From Methylophaga sp. (GTDB taxonomy: Bacteria; Pseudomonadota; Gammaproteobacteria; Nitrosococcales; Methylophagaceae), in assembly GCA_041612215.1 (NCBI GenBank), contig JBFJJO010000001.1, positions 1-56,759 of the forward strand: a stretch of 56,759 nt of DNA. Direction: 5' to 3'. Position 1 is the first letter of the stretch. Each line of letters starts with the position of its first letter. Under the pieces are notes generated by a model, which was given only the letters and a program-made list of their open reading frames with translations, was not told where the DNA came from and searched no databases. Position numbers and translations under genes: made by a program. Shown here piece after piece: positions 28,680 through 38,548 of this stretch.

Positions 28680-29681
28680 ATGGCATTGAAGATTGGTATT
28701 AATGGTTTTGGCAGGATTGGTCGATTATGTGTCCGTGCAGCCTGGGATTGGCCTGATATTGAGTTTGTACAAATTAATGATCCTGCTGCCGATGCCGCCA
28801 CCCTCGCCCATTTGCTGAATTTCGATTCTGTGCATGGCCGCTGGCATTATGCAGCAAATAGTGATGATCAACATCTGTTGATTAATGATAAAAAGATTCG
28901 TTTTACTGCCAATAAAGCAATCAGCGATACCGACTGGTCAGATTGCGATCTGGTCATCGAAGCGTCAGGAAAAATGCGTGATACGGACTTGTTACAGCAT
29001 TATCTGGATCAAGACGTCAAACGTGTGGTGGTTACGGCTCCTGTCGAACAGCCCGGTGTTTTAAATGTAGTGATGGGCGTAAATGATCATTTATTTGACC
29101 CGACCACCCATCAGATTGTCACCGCTGCTTCTTGTACCACCAATTGTCTGGCGCCAGTGGTTAAGGTTATTCACGAACAACTGGGCATTGAGCATGGCAT
29201 GATCACCACCATTCATGATTTGACCAATACCCAGTCGATACTGGATACCCCGCATAAAGATCTGCGCCGGGCCCGGATGTCTGGCAATAATTTGATCCCG
29301 ACGACCACCGGCAGTGCCACGGCGATTACCGAAATTTTTCCTGAACTGAAAGGCCGACTCAATGGCCATGCAGTGCGCGTGCCACTGGCCAATGCCTCAC
29401 TGACCGACTGTGTATTTGAAGTCAAACAAAAAACCAGTGCCGAAGCTGTCAATAAATTGCTTAAAACAGCTGCCCAGACTTACTTGAAAGATATTCTTGG
29501 CTACGAGGAAAAACCTCTGGTTTCCAGCGATTTTCGCGGTGACCCGCGCTCCAGTATCATTGATTCGCCGTCCACAATGGTGACCCATGACACGCAGTTA
29601 AAAATATTTGCCTGGTATGACAATGAGTGGGCCTATTGTATGCGCACTATGGAATTGGCGAGAAAAGTCGGCGCTGCTTAA
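28680..29681 (+). CDS. Glyceraldehyde-3-phosphate dehydrogenase, ArsJ-associated type
   Basis: [24 protein letters not shown]. Subfamily-like features: [53 protein letters not shown]. Confidence 0.88.
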   Translation: MALKIGINGFGRIGRLCVRAAWDWPDIEFVQINDPAADAATLAHLLNFDSVHGRWHYAANSDDQHLLINDKKIRFTANKAISDTDWSDCDLVIEASGKMRDTDLLQHYLDQDVKRVVVTAPVEQPGVLNVVMGVNDHLFDPTTHQIVTAASCTTNCLAPVVKVIHEQLGIEHGMITTIHDLTNTQSILDTPHKDLRRARMSGNNLIPTTTGSATAITEIFPELKGRLNGHAVRVPLANASLTDCVFEVKQKTSAEAVNKLLKTAAQTYLKDILGYEEKPLVSSDFRGDPRSSIIDSPSTMVTHDTQLKIFAWYDNEWAYCMRTMELARKVGAA

Positions 29682-30322
29682 CGGGCTCTGCGAAACGTTA
29701 AATTAACCCGGCGAGCACCGAATAACGGATGATCGCCGTTTTTTAATGTCAGTACACCATGATAATGCAGCCGTTTTTGCCGGCCCCAGACAATTGCATC
29801 GCCATGCGATAACAGGATATTCTGTTTTCTGTCCACACGTTTATCGCCGCCGAACTGAAATGTCACTGGCAATCCCAGTGAAAACGACACAATCGGCTGA
29901 CTGAAATCCTGCTCGTCTTTATCCTGATGCAAGCCCATTTTTGCGCCCGGTAAATACTCATTTATCAAACAGGCATCCGGCTGAAAATTGGCAAAACCCG
30001 CCAGCGCTGCCGCCTTTGTAGCTAACTGCTGAAATAATGCTGGCATGATCGGCCACGGCTTACCCGTTAGCGGATCAACTTCACTGTAACGATAGCCTTG
30101 GCGATCCGTTGTCCAGCCAAGCGGGCCACAATTGGTAATCCGCGCCGACATCAAATAACCACCGGGCGTTTGCATTTGCCGTGGGGGCGCTTGTAAACAA
30201 ATGTCATTAATCGCCAGCAGCAGTTTTGTTGCATCATTTGCCACAAATTGTTTGAGCAAATAGACATCACTGGCAATTTCAATACAGGGCGTATCTGGTG
30301 AAAACAAATCAGCTGTTTGCAA
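29678..30322 (-). CDS. alkB: Fe(II)/2-oxoglutarate DNA/RNA demethylase AlkB
   Basis: [46 protein letters not shown]. Confidence 0.95.
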   Translation of the reverse strand: MQTADLFSPDTPCIEIASDVYLLKQFVANDATKLLLAINDICLQAPPRQMQTPGGYLMSARITNCGPLGWTTDRQGYRYSEVDPLTGKPWPIMPALFQQLATKAAALAGFANFQPDACLINEYLPGAKMGLHQDKDEQDFSQPIVSFSLGLPVTFQFGGDKRVDRKQNILLSHGDAIVWGRQKRLHYHGVLTLKNGDHPLFGARRVNLTFRRAR

Positions 30323-30829
30323 TTATTGATTGACCTCGCGGTTTTGCAGCGCTTGTTTGGTTTCTACGCCCCAGTAATATCCTGCAGCATTGCCGGATTT
30401 ATGTACGATTCGGTGACAAGGCACCAGCACGGCAATGGGATTGCGGGCACAAGCATTGGCTACTGCACGATAGGCCTTCGGTTTGCCGAGCTGCTCGGCA
30501 AGCTCCGAGTAACTGCGTTTTTCACCGGCAGGAATGGTCAGCAATGCCCGCCATACCTGTCGCTGAAATTCACTGCCCTGCATATCAAGTATCAAATTCA
30601 TTGGCTGGTTGGGCATTTCAATAAAACCAATGACCTGTTGAAATGATTGGCTGAGACGGCTGCTTTTAGCAGGTTTGGCATCAGGAAACCGTCTTAGTAA
30701 ATCAGCAACTAGTGTAGATTCCGCTGCACTTAATAACACGGCGCAGATGCCTTTATCGGTCATGGCAACCAAAATTGGGCCCAGACTGCCAAGGCCAGTT
30801 TGATAAACAATATTGTCAGCGGTTTTCAT
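30323..30829 (-). CDS. Methylated-DNA--protein-cysteine methyltransferase (Ogt / Ada C-terminal domain only)
   Basis: GSEFQRQVW, RAVANAC, NP...PCHR. Confidence 0.92.
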   Translation of the reverse strand: MKTADNIVYQTGLGSLGPILVAMTDKGICAVLLSAAESTLVADLLRRFPDAKPAKSSRLSQSFQQVIGFIEMPNQPMNLILDMQGSEFQRQVWRALLTIPAGEKRSYSELAEQLGKPKAYRAVANACARNPIAVLVPCHRIVHKSGNAAGYYWGVETKQALQNREVNQ

Positions 30830-30948
30830 GATTTTAAGTCTACGCCGTCATTCAGCCGGCGTTAAGCCCGCTAGGACTACAATATGCACAAATCCCTCAC
30901 ATGGGCTGTAATATAAACTTAAAAAAAATAACTCACTGGGAGAACACA

Positions 30949-31374
30949 ATGAAAATCTTGGCGCTACTTTTAATGATAATTCCCGGTATCAGCCAGGCAG
31001 GTGCAATATCGCAGTTAGGCGAAGGCGATCCGCTGAAATTGGTGTTTGTCGAAATGAAATACCTGTACCAGGCCGGTATGGAAATTCAACAGCAATATCC
31101 CGTAAAAGACGATCCGATTCAAATGATGCAGTGTAAGGGCCAGTACGACTTTATTTTGACCCGTGCCCGCTCAATGATTGGTACTGCTGGTCAAATTGAA
31201 GATAAGGCATTACGAGATAAGGTTATTGATGCCAGTTGGCATGCCTATGCCTGTGCCAGTTGCACGAAACCCGCCAGCAGCTGCGATCCGGTACCAGAGA
31301 ATCTTGAATTTATAAAACAGGAAATTATTGATCGGGAAACCGCCGCAACAAATGGCGAAATCACTGAGCAATAA
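30949..31374 (+). CDS. Hypothetical exported Cys-containing protein
   Basis: GGAGA RBS, signal peptide MKILALLLMIIPGISQA, four Cys including CASC...C. Confidence 0.65.
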   Translation: MKILALLLMIIPGISQAGAISQLGEGDPLKLVFVEMKYLYQAGMEIQQQYPVKDDPIQMMQCKGQYDFILTRARSMIGTAGQIEDKALRDKVIDASWHAYACASCTKPASSCDPVPENLEFIKQEIIDRETAATNGEITEQ

Positions 31375-31382
31375 ACGCTTGC

Positions 31383-31430
31383 TTGACAGTTAGTTCTAAT
31401 TAGAACTATTATAGTTTTAATTAAAACTAT
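31383..31430 (+). promoter_or_regulatory. sigma70 promoter overlapped by two palindromic operators (likely MarR sites)
   Basis: TTGACA at 31383 and TATTAT at 31407. Perfect palindromes TAGTTCTAATTAGAACTA (31391-31408) and ATAGTTTTAATTAAAACTAT (31411-31430). Confidence 0.8.
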
Positions 31431-31441
31431 CACTGAGGTTT

Positions 31442-31894
31442 ATGTCGCAAACTGCTTTTTTTGAATCGCTTCGGGAACTGGCGCATTGTTATCAACGTTT
31501 TGAATGTTTTGCTTCGCACGACATTCGTCAGTTTGATTTAACGCCGGCACAATTCGATATCATCGCAACCTTGGGTAACACCAAGGGCATGACGCCCAAA
31601 CAACTCTGTGAAAAAACCCTGATAACCAAAGGCACGTTAACTGGTGTTGTCGACCGGCTGATTGCCAAATCATTGCTCAGCCGTCAACAGAGCAGTCAGG
31701 ACCGACGCAGTTTTATAGTTTGCCTGACACCGGCTGGCCAAACGTTGTTTGAACGAATTTTTCCGTTACACATAAAAACCCTGCAACACGCTTTTGCAAA
31801 CTTCAGCGAAAACGATTTCCAGACAATTAATGCCTCACTGAGAAAGCTGAGTGATGCATTTACACATCCAGATTCATCCCACATTAAAAGGTAA
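31442..31894 (+). CDS. MarR-family transcriptional regulator
   Basis: LTPAQFDII, TKGTLTGVVDRL, DRRS...LTPAG. Confidence 0.93.
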   Translation: MSQTAFFESLRELAHCYQRFECFASHDIRQFDLTPAQFDIIATLGNTKGMTPKQLCEKTLITKGTLTGVVDRLIAKSLLSRQQSSQDRRSFIVCLTPAGQTLFERIFPLHIKTLQHAFANFSENDFQTINASLRKLSDAFTHPDSSHIKR

Positions 31895-31897
31895 TAT

Positions 31898-32992
31898 ATG
31901 AACGCTATCACCCTGCTCTCGCCGATTAAAATTGGTGAGTTAACATTGAAAAACCGCATGATTATGGCACCTTTAACCCGTAACCGCGCAACACCGGGCG
32001 ATCTCAGCCCAAACGATATGAACGTCGAATATTACCGTCAGCGGGCCAGCGCTGGACTGATTATCAGTGAAGGTTCACAAATCGCTGAAGATGCGCTGGG
32101 TTATCCATTGACCCCTGGCATTCACAGTAAAAAACAAGTCGAAGGCTGGAAAAAAGTCACTGAGGCCGTCCATCAAGCCGGTGGCCTGATTTACATGCAG
32201 CTCTGGCATTGTGGCCGCGTTTCACACAGTTCCATGTTACCAGGCAACATGCTGCCGCTGGCGCCATCAGCCATCAAGCCTGCTGGTGAAGTTTATACCT
32301 ACGAAGGCATGAAGCCATACGAAACCCCGCAAGCCATTAAAACCGAAGATATTCCGGGCATTATTGAACAATACCAGCATGCTGCGCGTTGTGCGGTTGA
32401 AGCTGGTTTTGACGGCGTCGAAATTCATGGTGCCAATGGCTATTTACTGGATCAATTCCTGCGGGATGGCAGCAATAAACGTGAGGATCAATACGGTGGC
32501 AGCATTGAAAACCGTGCCCGTCTGTTAATGGAAGTTACCGAAGCCGTTTGTGACATCTGGGACCCAAAACGCGTTGGCCTGCGGCTGTCGCCATTACAGC
32601 CATTTAACGATTTGTATGATTCCAATCCTGAAGCCACTTTCAGCTATACCGTTAAAGCCCTGAACAAATTTAACCTTGGCTATTTGCATGTCACTGAAAT
32701 GGGCGCTGAAAAACCAGGTGTCGCCGGTCCCTATTTTGAAATCAGCTCACTGCGTCCATTGTGGAATGGCGTGTATATGACGAATAGTCAGTACGACCAT
32801 GAAACCGGTAATCAAGCACTCAAAGAAGGTAAAGCCGACCTGATTTCTTTTGGTCAGTTGTTTATTGCCAATCCGGATTTACCAGAGCGATTTGCCAAAC
32901 AAGCACCGCTGAATGAGCCCGATCCGGAAAGCTATTACGGCGGCGATGAAAAAGGCTATATTGATTATCCATTTTTGGATAAAGCCTCTTAA
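31898..32992 (+). CDS. nemA: Old Yellow Enzyme alkene reductase (NemA-like)
   Basis: MAPLTRNRA, QLWHCGR, GFDGVEIHGANGYLLDQF, YGGSIENRAR, FIANPDL. Confidence 0.92.
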   Translation: MNAITLLSPIKIGELTLKNRMIMAPLTRNRATPGDLSPNDMNVEYYRQRASAGLIISEGSQIAEDALGYPLTPGIHSKKQVEGWKKVTEAVHQAGGLIYMQLWHCGRVSHSSMLPGNMLPLAPSAIKPAGEVYTYEGMKPYETPQAIKTEDIPGIIEQYQHAARCAVEAGFDGVEIHGANGYLLDQFLRDGSNKREDQYGGSIENRARLLMEVTEAVCDIWDPKRVGLRLSPLQPFNDLYDSNPEATFSYTVKALNKFNLGYLHVTEMGAEKPGVAGPYFEISSLRPLWNGVYMTNSQYDHETGNQALKEGKADLISFGQLFIANPDLPERFAKQAPLNEPDPESYYGGDEKGYIDYPFLDKAS

Positions 32993-33011
32993 AATTTCAT
33001 TGTTTATCACC

Positions 33012-33040
33012 AAAAAAAGCCTGGTTCGCCAGGCTTTTTT
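33012..33040. terminator. Bidirectional intrinsic terminator
   Basis: AAAAAAAGCCTGG-TTCG-CCAGGCTTTTTT between convergent nemA and marC. Confidence 0.9.
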
Positions 33041-33044
33041 GACG

Positions 33045-33698
33045 CTACTTCGTTGGCAAATTCAGATACACATCTATCACACCGTTAATGACAAACTGCA
33101 CGGCAATTACAGCCAGAATAATCCCGAAAATACGGGTGACAATTTCCTTGCCGGTATCGCCCAGTAAGCGTACTAAATAATTCGAATATACCATGGCGAA
33201 ATAGCAGGTCGCTGTTGTCAGGATAATAGCCAGAAATACCAGAAGCAAATGCCATGCTGTGGGCGCTTCGCTGGTTAGAATCATCACTGTAGCAATAGCC
33301 CCAGGGCCACTCATAAATGGAATTGCCAGCGGAATTACCGAAATATCCCTTGCCAATTTGCCTTCATTTGCCGGATCCAGGTTGCTGGCCGATTCACCCT
33401 CATCAATGCCTTTATGAATCATCGACATGGCAATGCCAAATAAGATTAAACCACCGGCAATTCGAAACGCCTCAAGCGTAATACCAAAAAGCTTAAAAAT
33501 CACACCGCCCAACACGGCAAAAACAAAAAATACACCGGTAGCGATCAATGTCGACCGTCTGGCTACTGCTTTACGTGTGGTTTCTGAGGTTCGGGGCAAT
33601 AAAGACAAAAACATAAATGCCGTGGTCAACGGATTAACGATAACAAACATCGCTGCGATGGCAATGAGCCAATAATCCAGTAACGACCCAGCATTCAT
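33045..33698 (-). CDS. MarC-family membrane protein
   Basis: IVNP, FGITLEAFRIAGG, PLAIPFMSGPGAI, TRIFGIILAVIAVQF. Confidence 0.93.
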   Translation of the reverse strand: MNAGSLLDYWLIAIAAMFVIVNPLTTAFMFLSLLPRTSETTRKAVARRSTLIATGVFFVFAVLGGVIFKLFGITLEAFRIAGGLILFGIAMSMIHKGIDEGESASNLDPANEGKLARDISVIPLAIPFMSGPGAIATVMILTSEAPTAWHLLLVFLAIILTTATCYFAMVYSNYLVRLLGDTGKEIVTRIFGIILAVIAVQFVINGVIDVYLNLPTK

Positions 33699-33776
33699 GT
33701 GATTTCTCCGTCTGTTTAACGATAAAAGGTTTTATTCAGCCTGTTAACTAAAATATTCATTGCTTTATGTACAAGT

Positions 33777-33796
33777 AAGCCCGGCGAACCGGGCTT
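33777..33796 (-). terminator. Hairpin after the pirin gene, probable terminator
   Basis: AAGCCCGG-CGAA-CCGGGCTT immediately downstream of the pirin stop. Confidence 0.6.
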
Positions 33797-33803
33797 AAAT
33801 ATA

Positions 33804-34646
33804 TCAGGCAAAACGACCATTACGATAATCATCGAAGGCTTGTTCCAACTCCGCCCTGGTGTTCATTACAAAAGGTCCGGCGCGCTCGACTGGTTCATTG
33901 ATAGGTTTACCGGCAACAACAATATAAACACTGTCGGCTTCGGCACGAATTTCCAATACATCGCCTTCCGTTAATACGGCCAAAGCATTTTCTGGCACTG
34001 CCGTGGCCTTATCACCAATTTGTACCCGGCCTTTTGCAACATAAACAAAGGCGTTATGCCCTGCCGGTACGTTATCTTCAAAAATCGAATCCACCGGAGC
34101 ATTGATAACAAAATACAACGGATCAACAAAGCTGTTATCGATCACGCCCCGCGTGCCCTGTCGCGTTTGGCCAGCCACCACCCGAATTTGCAAGCCGCCT
34201 TCCCGTTGTTCTTCGGCAATGTCTTCTGCAGCTTTTTCCTGATAGCGCGGTGCCATCATTTTTTGCTCAGCCGGCAGATTTACCCACAATTGAAATCCCG
34301 CTAGTAAACCTGCTTCTTGTTCCGGTTTCTCAGAGTGAATAATGCCACGGCCAGCAGTCATCCATTGCACCCCGCCCGTTTCAATGACACCGGCATTACC
34401 AGCACTGTCTTCATGGCGCATTTTACCGGCCAGCATATAAGTCACCGTTTCAAAACCGCGATGCGGATGCGGTGGAAACCCCGCAATATAATCATCCGGA
34501 TTGCTGCTGCCAAAGGCGTCAAACAACAAGAATGGATCGAGCATATCCAACTCTTGCGAAGCGATCAGCCGCCGTAAACTGACACCGGCACCATCCGAGG
34601 TCATTTGCCCGCGGATCCATTTTTTAACTTCACGTACTTGTGCCAT
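33804..34646 (-). CDS. Pirin family protein
   Basis: DPFLL, HPHRGFETVTY, QWMTAGRGIIHSE, QLWVNLP, GPFVMN. Confidence 0.95.
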   Translation of the reverse strand: MAQVREVKKWIRGQMTSDGAGVSLRRLIASQELDMLDPFLLFDAFGSSNPDDYIAGFPPHPHRGFETVTYMLAGKMRHEDSAGNAGVIETGGVQWMTAGRGIIHSEKPEQEAGLLAGFQLWVNLPAEQKMMAPRYQEKAAEDIAEEQREGGLQIRVVAGQTRQGTRGVIDNSFVDPLYFVINAPVDSIFEDNVPAGHNAFVYVAKGRVQIGDKATAVPENALAVLTEGDVLEIRAEADSVYIVVAGKPINEPVERAGPFVMNTRAELEQAFDDYRNGRFA

Positions 34647-34656
34647 ATCGCGCTCC

Positions 34657-35241
34657 TTATGCTGCCCGTAGATCGGCCAATTGTCGTTGCCGCTCGTTTT
34701 GTTTTAACCACTGATTTGCATCAATGACGGTGACATTGTGAATACCCAGGAAGCCTAAAACCTGACGTAAGTAAACGGTGGCAAAATCCATATCACTGCC
34801 AATGGGTACATCACCAGAAGCCGCGACTAAATAGGCTTTTTTTTCTATTTTCAGTAACCCTTCTGGCCCGTTTTCAGTATAACGAAACGTTTCCCGCGCA
34901 CGCGCCACCAAGTCAATCCAGGCTTTCAATATCGCGGGAATACTAAAATTATAAACCGGTACGCTAATAACCAGTTGCCGCGCGGTGTGCAATTCTTTAA
35001 CCAGCAGATCAGATTGTGTCAGGATTTGTTGCTGGGTCTTGCTGCGCTCGGCTGGATCCGTGAAATTAGCATTGACCCATTGTTCATCGACAAAGGGGAA
35101 TCCGGCGGCAAGATCACGTTCGTTAATGATTAAACCATTTTGCTGCGCCCCATATTGTGCAATTTCTGCTGATACGGCGCGTGCTAATGAATCTTGATAG
35201 CGGCTACTGGCATTGACTAATAATAATGATGGATTGTTCAT
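34657..35241 (-). CDS. FMN-dependent NADH-azoreductase
   Basis: PVYNFSIPAILKAWIDLVARARETFRYTENGPEGL. Confidence 0.9.
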   Translation of the reverse strand: MNNPSLLLVNASSRYQDSLARAVSAEIAQYGAQQNGLIINERDLAAGFPFVDEQWVNANFTDPAERSKTQQQILTQSDLLVKELHTARQLVISVPVYNFSIPAILKAWIDLVARARETFRYTENGPEGLLKIEKKAYLVAASGDVPIGSDMDFATVYLRQVLGFLGIHNVTVIDANQWLKQNERQRQLADLRAA

Positions 35242-35353
35242 GGGAACACGCCTTTTTATTGAAAAATGACGGCCAGTCTATATTTATAAAAATATTGAAA
35301 AACCATGCTATAAAGAACTTATTGTTGATTAATATAGAACAATAAGGATATGT

Positions 35354-36259
35354 ATGAATGCCATTGAAGACATGCAAATCTTTAAGCGAATCGTCGAGGC
35401 AGGCAGTATCAGCAAGGCAGCTGAGCAATTAGATACCGTTAAATCAGCCGTCAGTCGCCGTTTAAAAACACTGGAAAAACGACTGAATGTGACGCTGCTG
35501 CAACGCACTACCCGCCGGCAAACGCTGACCGAAGCCGGTGAGCGTTATTACCAGTCATGTTTACGCTTGCTCGATGATATTGCTGAAGCGGAAGCGCAGG
35601 TTATCGATAGCCAGGCGGCACTCAGCGGTCGTTTACGGATTACCTTACCACTGTCATTTGGCTTGCAGCATTTAATGCCGGCCATATTGGCTTTTCAGCA
35701 GCAACATCCACACCTGCAACTGGATGTTGATTTCAGTGATAGTTTTGTCGATTTGGTGGCAGATGGTTTTGATTTGGCGATCAGGATTGGCCAATTAGCC
35801 GATTCCAGTCTGAAAGCCCGGCGCCTGTCGCACTGCCGGATCCTGGTCTGTGCCAGCCCCACTTACCTGAAACAATACGGCACGCCCAAACACCCCAACG
35901 ATTTGGCAAATGGCCATATCGCATTGCACTATCAAAGTCGTCATCAGCAATGGCGCTTTCAGGATGACGGCAAACAACTGGAAATCACCGTCGAAAGCGG
36001 CATAATGGCCAATAATGGTCAGTTTCTTTGTGCTGCCGCCATCGCAGGGCAGGGTCTGATTCGCTCGCCGGATTTTATCTGTTATCAGGCCATCAATAAT
36101 GGTGATTTGGTAAAAGTGCTGGAAGATTTTCAGACTGATAATACTTTTGGTATTTATGCTGTCACACCAGGTAGCCGTTATCTGCCCCAACGTTGTGAGA
36201 CCTTCATCACCTATCTGCAAGAAAGTTTTGCGAACCACAGTCCGTGGCTACAATGTTGA
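35354..36259 (+). CDS. LysR-family transcriptional regulator
   Basis: GSISKAAEQL...VSRRLKTLE..L...LLQRTTR, DLVADGFDLAIRIG. Divergent from azoreductase-pirin. Confidence 0.95.
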   Translation: MNAIEDMQIFKRIVEAGSISKAAEQLDTVKSAVSRRLKTLEKRLNVTLLQRTTRRQTLTEAGERYYQSCLRLLDDIAEAEAQVIDSQAALSGRLRITLPLSFGLQHLMPAILAFQQQHPHLQLDVDFSDSFVDLVADGFDLAIRIGQLADSSLKARRLSHCRILVCASPTYLKQYGTPKHPNDLANGHIALHYQSRHQQWRFQDDGKQLEITVESGIMANNGQFLCAAAIAGQGLIRSPDFICYQAINNGDLVKVLEDFQTDNTFGIYAVTPGSRYLPQRCETFITYLQESFANHSPWLQC

Positions 36260-36449
36260 GGCTTTAACAGCCTGGCAGTTTATTGATTCAACGCTCCAAA
36301 ACTTATTGCAAACGGATAAATAATGTTGCATTTAACACTATCGGCTCGCTGGTGAAGATGGGGGGGATATACAGCGGCCGCAGTTCGGAAAGTCAGCAAA
36401 TTTCCGGCTGGCAGGCGGTTAATAACGCCAAAGTTGCCCAAACCAAAAT

Positions 36450-37565
36450 TTAAAAAAACATTTGTCGATCGATGCTAACCGGCAAACGCCGCCCGCCCCA
36501 ATGCCCAGGTTGAATTTTAAAAATACCAGCACAGGCCGTGCCGCATAAACGACAGCAACCATATGCATCAAGCGTCCATTCCGATAAATCGTAAACATCA
36601 CGGCCAATCAGCATGGCGCCACATTGATGGCAATACGTACTGCTTGCCGCTTTATCGTGAATATTACCAATATAGGCATATCGCACACCCCGCGCCAGCG
36701 CGATTTGTCTGGCACGCTTTACGGTTTGCGTCGGTGTCACCGGTTTATCACGCATTTTCCAGTCCGGATGAAAAACCGTGAAATGCATCGGCACATCCGG
36801 ACCCAGCTCTGTCACCACCCAGTCACACATGGCGGTTATTTCAGCTTCATCGTCGTTTTCACCGGGGATTAACAACGTCGTTAATTCCAGCCAGACATCG
36901 GTTTCATGTTTGATGTATTGCAGTGTTTCCAGCACCGGCTGCAAATGCGAGCCAGTGACTTTGTAGTAAAAATCTTCGCTGAAGGCTTTTAAGTCGACAT
37001 TAGCCGCATTCATATACCGGTAGAATTCAGCGCGCGGTTCCGCGCAGACATAACCTGCCGTTACCGCTACCGTTTTTAAACCAACTGCGTGGCAAGCTTT
37101 GGCAACGTCAATCGCATATTCGTGAAAAATCACCGGATCGTTATAAGTAAACGCCACGCTCTGTGCGCCATAATTCAACGCTGTTTCAGCAATTTCTGCT
37201 GGCAATGCCCTGTCCATCAACGTGTCTATTTTGCGGGATTTGCTGATATCCCAGTTCTGACAAAATTTACAGGCCAGATTGCAGCCGGCGGTGCCAAATG
37301 AAAATACCGATGAACCGGGCAAAAAATGATTGAGCGGTTTTTTTTCGATGGGATCGATAACAAAACCACTGGATCTTCCCCAGGTCGTCAGCTTGATTTG
37401 TTGCGCATGATTTATTCGCACAAAACATAAGCCGCGCTGTCCCTCATGTAACTTACAAAATCGGGGACATAAATCACATTGCACACGTCCATCTTCGAGC
37501 GTGTGCCAGTAGTGAGTAGCGTGAAAACCTTGCCCATCAAGGGCTGGCAACAGTACCGAATCCAT
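36450..37565 (-). CDS. amrS: AmmeMemoRadiSam system radical SAM enzyme
   Basis: CDLCPRFC, DPIEKKPL.HF.PG, GCNLACKFCQNWDIS, FTYNDP. ATG at 37565 has a GGAGA RBS. Confidence 0.93.
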   Translation of the reverse strand: MDSVLLPALDGQGFHATHYWHTLEDGRVQCDLCPRFCKLHEGQRGLCFVRINHAQQIKLTTWGRSSGFVIDPIEKKPLNHFLPGSSVFSFGTAGCNLACKFCQNWDISKSRKIDTLMDRALPAEIAETALNYGAQSVAFTYNDPVIFHEYAIDVAKACHAVGLKTVAVTAGYVCAEPRAEFYRYMNAANVDLKAFSEDFYYKVTGSHLQPVLETLQYIKHETDVWLELTTLLIPGENDDEAEITAMCDWVVTELGPDVPMHFTVFHPDWKMRDKPVTPTQTVKRARQIALARGVRYAYIGNIHDKAASSTYCHQCGAMLIGRDVYDLSEWTLDAYGCCRLCGTACAGIFKIQPGHWGGRRLPVSIDRQMFF

Positions 37566-37735
37566 GACCAATTCTCCAGTTAAAACAGACACTTGAATTT
37601 ATCTGAAAGGGAGAAGATACTCAGTGATCCGATGCTCGGAAATGGCCAGAAAAGACTTTCCGGCACGGAAGCTGTCCAGCCGGCGGTATGTTACCGGCAC
37701 AGTTTCAATACTACGCCTGAATGAGGAGGATTGTC

Positions 37736-38539
37736 ATGAATACGATTCGCCCGAACATTCGTCCAAGCGCTGTTGCCGGTTTATTTTATCCCGCGCGGGC
37801 AACTGAACTTGAAACCCTGCTCAGCGAAAAATTTGAGTCACTGCCCCACAATAAACATCAACATCCCAAAGCCTTGATTGTGCCGCATGCTGGTTATGTT
37901 TATTCCGGCAAGGTAGCCGCCAAAGCCTATCAAACACTTCGACATCTGGCCGACCGCATTCATCGCGTGGTATTAATAGGCCCATCACATCGTGTGCCAT
38001 TTCGCGGTGTTGCCATTTCCAGTGCGGATTATTTTGCAACGCCACTGGGCAGTATTGCAGTTGATAAAGCTACGGTGGCCAGATTAGCAGCTATTGACGG
38101 CGTACAGTTTTCAGATGCCGCTCACGATAGCGAACACAGTCTGGAAGTCCAATTGCCTTTTTTGCAGTTTGTTCTAAAACAATTTTCTATTATTCCCATC
38201 GTCACCGGAGATGCCAGTCCTGATTTGGTCGCCGAGGTTATTGAGGCCGCTGTTGATGCAGACGATGATGCTTTAATTGTGATTAGCTCTGATTTAAGCC
38301 ATTATCTAGATTATGAAAGTGCTCGCAAAATTGATCAATTCACTACGCAAGCCATTATCAGTCTCGATAAGCATGATATCGATCCGTATCGTGCCTGCGG
38401 TTGTGTTGGTATTCGCGGATTTCTTGCGTATGCCCGCCAGCAGCAATTTCAGGGCAAAGTCATCAGCTTGTGTAATTCCGGTGATACCGCCGGTAAAAAA
38501 GACAGTGTGGTGGGTTATGGAGCCTATTTATTTGAATGA
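37736..38539 (+). CDS. amrB: AmmeMemoRadiSam system protein B (Memo-like)
   Basis: RPSAVAGLFYP, PHAGYVYSG, GPSH, EHSLEVQLPFLQ, SSDLSHY, VVGY. Confidence 0.93.
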   Translation: MNTIRPNIRPSAVAGLFYPARATELETLLSEKFESLPHNKHQHPKALIVPHAGYVYSGKVAAKAYQTLRHLADRIHRVVLIGPSHRVPFRGVAISSADYFATPLGSIAVDKATVARLAAIDGVQFSDAAHDSEHSLEVQLPFLQFVLKQFSIIPIVTGDASPDLVAEVIEAAVDADDDALIVISSDLSHYLDYESARKIDQFTTQAIISLDKHDIDPYRACGCVGIRGFLAYARQQQFQGKVISLCNSGDTAGKKDSVVGYGAYLFE

Positions 38540-38548
38540 CAGTAAGTC

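Noticed and set aside
36385-37662. Short CGGAAAGTC inverted match flanking amrS, a possible invertible segment
   Set aside because: Only 9 bp match, the flanks do not extend, and no recombinase is nearby.
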